Assembly (NCBI GenBank): GCA_964016885.1
Contig: OZ024741.1
Span: 380,742,001 to 380,806,000 of the forward strand
Length of the DNA: 64,000 nucleotides
From: Eledone cirrhosa
Taxonomy: Eukaryota
Reading direction: 5' to 3'
In this document: positions 52,427-64,000 of the stretch, piece by piece
Layout of the letters: the number at the start of each line of letters is the position of its first letter
How positions within the stretch are numbered: the first letter of the stretch is position 1
The notes under the pieces: generated by a model
Seen by the model: only the letters and a program-made list of their open reading frames with translations
Told to the model about the DNA's origin: nothing
Databases searched by the model: none
Program-made: the position numbers and the translations under genes

Positions 52427-55400
52427 ATGAAAATGAATATGAATCCGCGAGCTACTAAGCACCCATGTGAAGCTTCAATTCAGAGACAGGAAGCACACGC
52501 ACACCCCTGCAAAAATCGACCCTTCCCCACGAATGTTAAAAAATGCCCAAAACTCCGAGTTGGTACCATCAATGTAAGCACAATGAAAGGAAGAGCAGGA
52601 GAAATCGTAGAGATGCTAGAGTGAAAGGAAATTTATGTATGCTGTGTGCAAGAGACTAGCTGGAGAGGTGAGTCTGCTAGAGTCCTTGTAGGAAAAAGTC
52701 AATGCTACAAATTTTTCTTGGTGGGAAATGACGATGGGATGGGTGGTGTAGGTATACTACTAGCTGACAAGTGGGTAGATAAAGTAATCTCAGTGTACAG
52801 GGTAAATGCAAGAATCATTAAACTCAGACTTGTCCTGAATAAATCAATTACCACAATAATATCAGCTTACGCACCCCAATCGAGGTTGCCAGACGAACTT
52901 AAGGATAGGTTTTACGAGTCCATAATGCACACTACTGCTCTAACAAACAACAATGACTTTCTAATCATTGCAGGAGATTTTAACGGACACATAGGTAAAC
53001 ACTGTGATGGCTTCAATAGAGTCCATGGAGGCCATGGGGTTGGCACAAGAAATGAAGAAGGATTCAGACTTCTAGAATTCTGCGACGCCTATGACATGTC
53101 GATATGTAACACAAACTTCAAAAAACCCAACAACCACCTGATCACCTATAGATCAGGGGAGCATTCTAGTCAGATAGATTTTATCCTCATCAGAGGACAT
53201 GACAGATGGACGGTCATAAACACAAAAGCCTTCCCTAGTGAGGAATGTACCTCCCAACATAGTTTAGTTGTCAGCGACCTCACAGTCAGAACTAGACGAA
53301 CCTGGAAACAGAGGCCAACCTGGAGAAGAAAGATCTGGAAGCTGAAAGACCCCTCAGCCAGTAACAGATTTAAAGATATTTTACTCAACGCCTACGACAG
53401 TAAAGAAGAACAGATAGAGACATTCAATGTAGAAGAGCACTGGGAGTTCCTAAAAAATAACTTACTAGAGGCGACAGATGAGATCTGTGGCTGGAGTAAG
53501 ACCACAAGCAGGAGGAGGAGAGTGACTTGGTGGTGGAACAATAAGGTAGATGAGGCAGTTAAGGCCAAGAGACAGACATGGAAAGAATAGAAGAACGGGG
53601 GAAGCAGGGTACATTACATAGAGACCAAGAGGGAAGCTAGGCGACAAGTATACTTAGCTAGGAGGGAAGCAGAGGATAGAAAATTCAAGCATCTTTTGCA
53701 ACGTGAGGACCAGAAACAGGAGATGTTCAAGATAGCAAGGCAGTGTGTCAGAGAGAATTGTGAGGTCATTGGAGAGAAGAGAAATGTATCCAGAATGATA
53801 AAAGTGAGCTTGCCCTCACAAGTGCTGAGAAGAAAGCTGCATGGAAGAGCCATTATGATAGATTACTAAATGAGGAGAATGCATGGGAAGAAGAGACCCT
53901 ACCCCAAGTAGACCCTATAGAGGAGCCAGCAGTACAAGTCAGCAGCAGCGTAGTAAGTAAGGTAATCAAAGATATGAAAATGGGGAAGGCAACCGGTCCA
54001 TCGGCTGAAGGCATCTGGGTCTGTAGGTCACAGAATAACCACACGTATTGTTAACCAGGTAATACTAGAAGGTGTCATACCAAAAGATTGGTGCAGTTGC
54101 ATCATTGTCAACTGCTACAAAGGTAAAGGTGATGCACTAGATAGAGGAAACTATAGAGGTATAAAGCTGATGGACCAGGTCATGAAAGTAGCAGAAAGAG
54201 TTATAGCACAGTTGATTAGGGACCGGGTAAAAACTAGATGAGATGCAATTTGGGTTTGTACCAGGAAGAGGCACCACTGATGCCCTCATCCTTGTGAGGC
54301 AGTTACAGGAAAAGTACCTAGCTAAAAGTAAGCCACTCTACCTGGCATTTATCGATCTCAAGAAGGCCTTTGACCGAGTTCCACGTGCTATAATCTGGTG
54401 GGCTCTTAGAAAACTAGGAGTAGATGAATGGCTTGTGAAAGCTGTACAAGCCATGTATAGGGGAGCAGTCAGCAAAGTTAGGATTAGCAATGAGTATAGC
54501 GAGGAATTTAGCGTACAGGTTGGTGTCCACCAGGGCTCTGTTTTTAGCCCTCTCCTGTTCATCATAGTCCTGCAGGCAATAACGGAGAAGTTTAAGACCA
54601 GATGCCCATTGGAACTTCTGTATGCAGATGACCTCGCACTTATAGCTGAATCTATGGTAGAACTAGAGAAGAAATTCCAAACTTGGAAGCAGGGACTAGA
54701 AAGAAAGGGTGTCAAAGTCAACCTGACAAAGACTAAGGTCCTTGTAAGTAGATGAGAAACAGAACCCAGATCCCCTCAGGGAAATGGCCTTGCTCAGTAT
54801 GTAGGAAAAGTGTAGGTAAGAGCTCCATTCTCTGCCCCAAATGCAAACAATGGGTACACAAGAGATGTAGCAGGATCTCAGGAAGCTTAATTAAGAATGT
54901 AGGCTTCACATGTAACAGCTGTGCTGGGGCAGCAAGCAGCAAACAGCCACAGGAAACAAGTACCACCAATCTCTGGGAGGGATCTGTAGAAACAGTAGAC
55001 AGCTTCTGCTACCTAGGTGACCAAATTAACAGCGGAGGTGGGTGTTCAGAAAGTACAATAACTAGGGTAAGAACAGGATGGAAGAAGTTCGGGGAACTAC
55101 TGACACTGCTAGGTGCAAAAGGCTTCTCCCTCAAAATGAAAGGCAGACTGTATGATGCGTGTATACGAACAGTGATGTTACATGGTAGTGAGACCTGGGC
55201 GCTGAAGGTGGAAGACTTACGTAGATTAGAATCAAACGAAGCCTGCATGCTCCGATGGATGTGTAATAGTAATATATGCAAACGGCAAAGTATAAATGAA
55301 TTGAGAGAGAGACTGAGCATAAGAGGTATCAAATGCTGTGTGCAGGAGAGGCGGTTGCATTGGTATGGACATGTGATGCATATGAAGTATGACAGCTGCA

Positions 55401-55894
55401 TAAAAAGGTGCAGAGCATTAGAAGTTAATAGTAACCGCAGAGTGGGGGAGACCCAAGAAGACCTGGGATAAGGTGATAAAAGTCGACCTTACCCAATTAC
55501 ACCTCTCAAAGGCGATGACACACGACCATGACCTCTGGTGTCACGCAGTAATACAGAGTACCCGACCTCCCATGGGTACAAGCTGAAGCATATAGACAAT
55601 ATACCCCACACCCGCCCACTGCAAAGTGGTCGTGGAGGTGCCACGGCAAAAAAGCACGCAGCCCACACTGTAAAGTGGACGTGAAGGCGCCACGGAAAAA
55701 AGCACCCAGCACTCACTGTAAATGAGGTTGGTGTTAAGAAGGGCATCCAGCTGTAGAAATCAAGCCTAAATCAGTTCCTGTATGAGCAAGGCATGGTCAG
55801 CCGACCAGACACTGCCCACAACAGGACAACCTGTCTAACCCATGCTAGCATGGATGAACTGACGTAAAACGGTAATGATGACGATGATGATGAT
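52427..55894 (+). mobile_element. Near full-length RTE LINE (APE-RT-PHD), disabled
   Basis: APE motifs GTINV, QET, SAYAPQ, GDFNGH, SQIDF, H; RT motifs DLKKAFD, GVHQGS, YADD; 3' hairpin ccatgctagcatgg and (GAT)n; several stops and frameshifts. Confidence 0.97.
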
Positions 55895-55967
55895 ATGTGT
55901 GTGTGTGTCTTCTGTCTTGCTGTCTCTTCTCTCTCTCTGTCTGTCCGTCTATGCTTCCATCTCTCTC

Positions 55968-56003
<36 letters not shown>

Positions 56004-56302
56004 TATATATAGAGAGAGAGATATGATATATATATATATATCATCATCATCATCATCCTCGTTTAACGTCCACCTTCCAAGCTAACATGGGATAGACGGG
56101 AGTTGTCCCACTTGAGGCAAGGTTGGTCGGGCGACCATGTTTCACTCATATAGGCCTATCTGGCAGGTTTTCTACGGCTGGATGCCCTTCCTAACAACAA
56201 CAACATTTACAGTGTGGAACTGGGAACTTTTTACCGTGCTACCCACACGGCCACATTACAGCGTGGACCGTGTGTTTTTTTTCTCGTGACACCTACTCGA
56301 TC

Positions 56303-56341
<39 letters not shown>

Positions 56342-56344
56342 ATC

Positions 56345-58748
56345 AATCAAGGCCAAAAGGCAGTCTTGGATAGTATGACGGGATGGGGGAAGTAGAGAAT
56401 ACTATCAAGTGGCCAGGAGGGAAGCTAGGAGACAAGTGTACTTCGCAAGAAGGGAAACAGAGGAAAGAAAGTTCAAGCATGTTCTACAATGCGAGGACCA
56501 AAAACGTGAGGTGTTCAGGATTGCTAGGCAATGTGTCAAGGAAAACCGTGATATTGTCGGGGAGAAATGTGTCCTTAATGATGAGGGTGTACTTGCCATC
56601 ACTGACGCTGATAAGAAGGTAGCTTGGAAGTGTCACTACGAAAGGCTACTAAATGAGGAGAATAAATTTGAGAAAGACAGTCTCCCCCACATCGATCCAA
56701 TAGAGGGACCAGCAGTGCAAGTTGAAGGTAGTATAATAAGTAAGGTGATCAAAGATATGAAGACAGGCAAGGCGGCTGGGCCTTCGGAAATAGTTGCTGA
56801 AATGCTGAAAGCATCTGGAACGGTGGGACACACTATGGACAACCGGATAGTAAACCAAGTCATAAAGAATGGGGTTGTTCCGAAGGACTGGCATAGCAGC
56901 ATCATCATTAACTGCTGCAAGGGTAAAGGAGATGCCCTAGATAGGGGAAACTATAGACGCATTAAATGAATTGACCAGGTCATGAAGGTCACAGAAAATG
57001 TAATAGCGCAGCTAATCAGAGAGCAAATTGATCTAGATGAAATGAAGTTCGGGTTTGTGTCAGGTAAAAGTACCACAGACGCTCTTTTCATTGTACGACA
57101 ACTACAGGAGAAGTACCTAGCTAAAATAAACCCCTATACTTAACTTTTGTTGACTTGGAGAGAGCCTTTGACAGAATCCCACGCCCCATTATCTGGTGGG
57201 CTCTCAGAAAACTAAGTGTTGACGAATGGCTTGTGAGAGCTATAAAAGACATGTATAAAGAAACAGTCAGCAAGGTTAGAATTAACAATGAATATAGTGA
57301 AGAGTTTAGCGTAAAAGTTGGTGTTCATCTGGGCTCCGTCCTTAGCCCCCTCCTATTTATTATTGCCCTTCAGGCTATAACAGAGGAGTCCAAGACCGGC
57401 TGCCAACGGGAACTCCTATACGCAGATGATCTAACGCTCATAGCTCAATCAATGGCTGAACTGGAGAAGAAAATTCCTAACATGGAAGCATGGCCTAGAA
57501 TCAAAAGGCCTTAAAATTAACATGTCTAAGACCAAAGTTCTAGTTTGTAGGAAGGAAAATAGGGCACTGGTCCCATCTGGGAAATGACCATGCTCAGTGT
57601 GTAGGAAAGGAGTAGGCAGAAACTCCATTTTATGTCCCAAATGCAAAGTATGGGTGCATAAAAGATGTAGTGGGATCACAGGTAAGCTAACTAAGAATAT
57701 AGATTTTATATGTGGCCGGTGCTCAGGTGCAATAAGTAGCAGCAAGTGCCCACAGAATACTAGCTCATTCCATTGCACAGATGGTTCTATAGAAATAGTG
57801 GACACCTTCCGTTACCTGGGTGACAAAATCAGCAGTGGTGGAGGTTGCTCTGAAAGTACAGTAGCTAGAGTCAGAACGGGATGGAACAAGTTCAGAGAGC
57901 TTATACCACTATTGGCCGCTAAAGGTTTCTCTCTAAAAATGAAAAGCAGGCTGTATGATGCCTGCATATGAACAGCAATGTTACATGGCAGTGAGACTTG
58001 GGCATTGTGTGTAGAAGATATACGCAAACTGGAGAGGAACAAAGCTTGCATGCTCCGTTGGATGTGTAATAGTAATACGTGAACAGCAAAGCATAAATGA
58101 ACTAAGGGAGAAATTAGGAATAACAGGGATCAGATGTTGTTTACTCGAGAGAAGACTACGTTGGTATGGTCATGTGATGCGCATGAAAGAAGACAGCTGT
58201 ATAAAATAGTGCAGGGCTATAAAAATAGACGGTAGCCACGGAGTAGGCAGATCCATAAAAACCTGGGATGACTTGATAAATTCTGACCCCACACATTTAC
58301 ACCTCTCCAAGACAATGTCACTGGATCGTGATCTTTGGCACTACACAGTAATACAGAAGACCCGCCTTGCCTAAGTACAGTCAGTAGGCACCTCTTAACA
58401 AATTACACCCCCGTCCCACTACCCCCACCCCATCCACACCACCCCTTTCGATGTAAAGTTATGTTGGTACCACAACATCCAGTCCGAAATAAATGAGGTC
58501 GTGTAGGTGTCACGACAAAAAAACACACAGTCCACGCTGTAATGTGACCGTGTAGGTAACACGGTAAAAACCTCCCAGTACACACTGTAAACGTGGTTGG
58601 TGTTAGGAAGGGCATCCAGCTGTAGAAAACCCGCCAGACAATATACGAGCAAGACAACCAATCTTGCCTCAAGTGGGAAATTTTACGTCCAAACCCATGC
58701 AAGCGTGGAAGATGGACGTTAAACGATGATGATGATGATGATGATGAT
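56345..58748 (+). mobile_element. RTE LINE, diverged sister subfamily, 5'-truncated
   Basis: Colinear protein motifs including YADD and the Cys/His finger; (GAT)n tail. Confidence 0.95.
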
Positions 58749-60236
58749 ATATATTTTGTTGGATCAGGCTCTTATCATCTGATGGAATCATAGGGGTATC
58801 ATGCTGACACATGACACATCTTGTCCATTTTTAACTTGGGAGAGCCTATTTCTTTCCAGCTTGGAACATAGCTGATTTTTTCCAGAGAGAGAAAGAGAGA
58901 CTGGTACTTTATTTATCAACCTCAAAAGGATGAGAGGCAAAGTGGACCTCAGCAGGATCTGAACTCGTGGTATTGTGCACTAAGCCAAAATAAATACCAT
59001 ATCATTTTTAATGACACCCTAATCATTCTGCTAATTCACACACACACACACACACAGATATATATATGTGTGTGTGAGTGTATGTATATATGTTTGTATG
59101 TATATACATTGCCAATTTAGATGCACGTGAACTATGATAGAGATATATAAAGAAAATTAGCAGTTATTTGTTGAAAAATAAGCTTCTATTTGCAGACATG
59201 TAGCAATTATAGGAAAGAAACATTGAATTTGACATTTTGCTGTGCATGAAGAATCAGAAGAAGTTTTATGTATCAAAAGTATAAAAGAAAAAATATATTT
59301 AAAGTGAAGACAGAAAATAACGAAATGCATTAAAAAAAATATTCAGAATGACTCAGTGAGAAAACCTATAAAGTGTTCTACAACGTCCTAATAGGTAGGT
59401 TCTTTTGAAATGTCAAAAGCCATCTATTCATTTTTATCAATAGAATCAGTTGGACGCAAAAGACAAATGAGTCAGATTTGCTATTTTTAAGTTATCACAA
59501 AGTTACAATTATAAAAAATACTTTCAATATGTTCATACACACTCACATACACACACCCACACACCACACATACACAGGCACACACAAATATAAACATTAA
59601 TTGAGATATAGATATTTATGAAAAGATAAGACTTCAAGCATAGCCTTAAGAAATATTTATGGATGAACAATATATGCCAATCAGAAATGAAAATAGAATT
59701 AGTAATAACAATGAACTCAAATACCAAAAGCTCTAAAGAACTAAATCAAGAAAAATGGATTTACATAATATATCAATGCCCAATACCTAATGCTGTTGTC
59801 AATTCTTAATTTCTGCTTGTTTTGATGAATGATCGTATCAAGTAAAATTACCCTTATTGAATATCTATATCTCTAAGTTAATGATAACACAATTAAATCC
59901 TATTAATGATTCTACAACAGCTAATGGAATCACTAATATATAATACCCAATGTGTGTTGGTTTGTTGTTAGTTGGTTTTATAGCATGCTTGACAAAATAT
60001 AGAAAAGAGGAAGAAAGTAATCAAGACAGAAAGAGAGAATTAACATATGGGTTAAAGGAGGAGTATACATAGAGAGCAGAGTGGCAGGCAATGAGTGAGG
60101 GAGATAGAAAGGCAAAGGAATGCTATACAGATCCATGCACACATACACAAATAATTGTTATCTGCTTATAACTTTGTAGGTATAACATTTTTTTTCACAC
60201 TTCTTTATTCTTATTGACTAATAGAATATACAGGAA

Positions 60237-62190
60237 GTGCTTGAATTTGGACAGTGCATAGCAACCAATCCTGACAGTAAGATGTTCTGGAAATATGTTC
60301 ATTCAAAGCAGAGACCTCACTCTCCACTTGGTCCTCTTCGCAATCCCCACACAAGCTATATCACTGACGATCCCAAAGAATGCGCAGAACTCATTGCTGA
60401 GTGGTATGGAAGCATTTTTACTGTTGAAAACCAAAATGTACCATCTCCACCATCTCTAACATCAAATTCCATAACAACTATGGAATTTACACCTGCAATG
60501 TTGCGACACCACCTTAAGAATAAGTGCAACTATGCCTCCCCTGGTCTTGATGGTGTTACATACCTGCTTCTCAAATGTGTGTGTGTGTGGGGGGGGGGGG
60601 GGGGGTACTTCCTTTTGCACCAGCTTTCTTTCTTCTTTCAATACTGTCTCAACAATGGTGCTACTCCGGAGCAGTGGAAAACTGCCAGTGTCATTCCCCT
60701 GTTCAAAAAGTGCGACCGCACGTCACCTGTCAACTATCGTCCAGTCAGTCTTACTAGCTGTATTGCCAAACTGATGGAATCCTGTGTCAGAGAAACACTT
60801 TGGAACTTCTGGAACTCTCACAGCCTCATCCGGCCCTTGCAGTTTGGATTTATCCCTAACTCCAGCTGCTGTGATCAGCTTATCAAGTTCCTTGAAGACA
60901 TTACCCGAATCACTGAGAGCGGCTCATGGGTGGATGTTGTTTACCTTGACTTTGCTAAGGCTTTTAATTCTGTGCCACACAAAAGACTTATGGCGAAACT
61001 CTCTGCAATGGGTGTGAGGGATGATCTTTTTAACTGGTTGAAATCCTTCATTCTCAGCCGAAAAGAGGTAGTCACGGTTCTAGGACAGCATTTTTCACCA
61101 TATGAGATGTCATATGGTGTACCACAGGGATCTGTTCTTGGTCCCCTTTTGTTTGTGGCATATATTAATGACATAGATGCGAACTTAAACAATGCCACGG
61201 TACTTAAATATGCAGATGACATCAAGCTGTACCTTGAAATCAAAAGGACTGATCCTGAAATCTACAACTATTTCCTACAATCAGACCTGGACACAATGCA
61301 GCAATGGGTCACAGACTGGCAACTGAAGCTGGCTGTGGAAAAGTGTACCGTCATGCATTTTGGGAGGAAAAATCCAGCGTCCACATACTCCCTCCACAAC
61401 ACTGATATCAAGAAGTCCTCTTGTGAACGTGACCTGGGCATTACTGTCAGCAGCAATTTGCGTTGGACAAAGCATTGGACAAAGTCTCTAAGATTGTCAA
61501 GAAGGCCGAGGGTGTCTTGGCATCACTCAGCAAGACCTTTGTTAGCCGTTCTCCAGCTATCTATTTAAAGCTGTATACAGCTATGGTACGACCACACTTG
61601 GAATTCGCATCATCAGTCTGGAGCCCCTATCTTGCTCAGAACATTGACCTCCTGGAAACTGTTCAGAGATGTGCAACCAAGCGCATACTCTCCATCAGAC
61701 ACCTACCATATTCTGAACGCCTTGCTTGCCTGGGTATGGATTCATTGAAGCTCCGACATCTGGCAATGGACTTGGTAAACACCCACAAAGTTATTAACCA
61801 TCTCGCCAACAACAACTCTGAGCACCTTTTTGATCTCCATGTGTCTAACACATGGGGACATGCCTACAAAATCAGAAAACAGCACAGCTCCCATGACTTT
61901 CGGAAACATTTTTTTTCCGTTTAGAGTTGCTGAAGCATGGAACAAACTGCCTGCGTCAGTTGTTAGCTGCCGAGACACTGCATCCTTTAAAACCCTTATG
62001 CTTCCCGAAATTCGCCAAAACTACACCTGATGTACCCCTTCCATACACATGCACAGATGTGTATATCATGTCTCATGCACTGTTCATTTTCCTGACGTTT
62101 GGACATTACCCTATGTACTATACATACACTTTTTGATGAATTGTAGTGCACCTGAGCACTGTACACAATATTTTCATTATTATTATTATT
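60237..62190 (+). mobile_element. CR1-group LINE, 5'-truncated RT
   Basis: 443-aa ORF with NYRPVSLTS, YLDFAKAF, GVPQGSVLGP, YADD, ERDLG; then VRPHLEF, WNKLP; (ATT)n tail. Confidence 0.92.
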
Positions 62191-62332
62191 ATATATGAAA
62201 ATATATATTTCATTTTCTCAATTTATTTTCCTTACTTCTCAAATTACTGTTTCCTTTAATAGTATATTTATAAAGCTTGAATATAAGCAATATTATGACT
62301 GATTTTAGATACGTGCAAGTATAGTGAATATA

Positions 62333-62524
62333 TGAGGGTCAGTTAAAAGTTAATAGGCTGACTATGAAGGAATGACACAAGACCTGTGAAATCTTGCATG
62401 CATTAATTTCAAATCTTCTTAGTAATAACTGCATTGTTTCTTTCCAGGGACTATGTTGGAAAATAAACCTCATTATTCCATGAGAGTATATTGGTCAGAC
62501 TATGAAATTTTCAGCCAACCCGCA
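62333..62524. mobile_element. Mariner-derived MITE
   Basis: ~30-bp imperfect TIRs, TA flanks; second copy at 63188-63357. Confidence 0.7.
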
Positions 62525-62767
62525 TAACTATTTTTCATTTATTAATTTCATCATCATCATCATCATCATTATCGTTTAACATCTATCTTCCATGCTGGCA
62601 TGGGTAGGATGGGTTGACACTTAGGGAGAGAATCAGGTCAGAAGTTCATATTTAGCTCACCTGGGACAGGAATTTGCAGACGTAGGTAATAGGGGAGGGG
62701 AGAAGGTAGAGGAAGGTGTTGCCTGCCCCTGTTTCATACAGTGGTAAATGCATGCTTCCAGTATTAT

Positions 62768-62864
62768 GGTTGACTTTGCCTTTCATCCTTACGGGGTCGA
62801 TAAAATAAAGTACCAGTAATGCACTGGGTAATTGCTGGCCTTGTGCCTAACGTAGAAACAATTA
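62768..62864 (+). mobile_element. tRNA-SINE 3' half
   Basis: Near-identical to the family consensus seen at 9284 and 63641. Confidence 0.88.
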
Positions 62865-63187
62865 TTTGTCATCTGAGAAGTGACCCTTTAGTTTTCTTGC
62901 ATTATACAAATAAAATCCTATAGAGGACATTTCATCATTAATATCTCCATGAAAGGACATGAAATTTCTTTTACTATTTTCAGTCGGTAGACTCAAGGCC
63001 ATAAAGGAGCATCATCTTGAACATTTTTAGTTGATCATAATGACCCTAGTAATTATTTGTATAGTTTTGTACTTTTTCTACCAAGCATTATATCTCAAAC
63101 CACTAAATCAAATGACAAAAACAATTAGCAACATAAATACAGATACAGGGATGTACACACATACACATTGAGAAACATTTACACATA

Positions 63188-63357
63188 CAAGGTTCAGCTG
63201 AAAAGTTCCTAGGCCGACCAAGATACTCTCAAGGAAAAACCACAAGTTTTAATTTTCAACATAGTCTCTGGAAAGGTTGAAATTATTGCCTGCAAGATAT
63301 CACAGCTTTGGCATCACTCCTTTACAGCTAGCCTATGAACTTTTCAGCTTACACTCG
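63188..63357. mobile_element. Mariner-derived MITE, second copy
   Basis: TA|caaggttcagctgaaaagttc...gaacttttcagcttacactcg|TA. Confidence 0.7.
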
Positions 63358-63402
63358 TAAATATGTAAATATATATGTGTGTGTGAGAGAGAGAGAGGGA
63401 GG

Positions 63403-63470
<68 letters not shown>

Positions 63471-63640
63471 GTATGCATGTTGGGTATCTGTGCAGTTTTT
63501 GACTTCGAAATTTCACTCACAAAGCATTAGTGAACTTGGGGCTAAAATGGAAAACAAATTGCCCAAGCTACTTCACCAGGGTACTGAATCTGAAGCCTCA
63601 TGTTTGTAAAGTGAAATTCCTAACCACACAGACAAATAAT

Positions 63641-63818
63641 TGTTTCTATTTTAGGCACAAGGCCAGCAATTACCAGTACATTACTGGTACTTTATTTTAT
63701 CGACACCGTAAGGATGAAAGGCAAAGTTAACCTCGGCGGGATTTGAACTCAGATCATAAAGGGACGTAACTCTATGCTTCAAAGCATGGTGTCCGACTCT
63801 CTACCGATACTGCCAATC
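63641..63818 (-). mobile_element. tRNA-derived SINE
   Basis: 14-bp TSD cacagacaaataat at 63627 and 63819. Confidence 0.9.
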
Positions 63819-64000
63819 CACAGACAAATAATGTTGAATTGAGAGGAATTCTTCTCCAGGAGGTATATTTTGAATTAAAATATATATTCAATTCTCAAAT
63901 TTAATCATTCCAATCCAGATGACTAAAATGATAGTTGATCATCATCATCATCATTTAATGTTCACTTTTCCTTCCAGATAATAGTCGAGAAAATCAGGTA

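Overview
AT-rich, microsatellite-dense eukaryotic DNA with no supportable host gene; almost everything recognisable is transposon-derived. The repeat mix is consistent with an octopod cephalopod (inference only). It holds several RTE-clade LINEs (one near full-length, 52427-55894, with a PHD-type finger just after the RT core), a CR1-group RT, a decayed CRE-like element, a TIR-bounded maT transposon, mariner and hAT remnants, MITEs, tRNA-derived SINEs and a probable solo LTR. The most interesting layer is Penelope-like elements (PLEs): a 5'-truncated Naiad-type copy, a Neptune/Naiad chimera and several non-coding fold-back units. Together they carry about 14 hammerhead ribozyme motifs from about 6 apparently unrelated families, with recurrent non-canonical cores (A8 variants, U.U at 10.1/11.1). 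Most of these families also share a GAGTRCY motif 30-55 nt from the 3' terminus. Two nested inverted duplications look like template switches at older inverted repeats. All alignments and folds were done by eye; coordinates of decayed elements are approximate.
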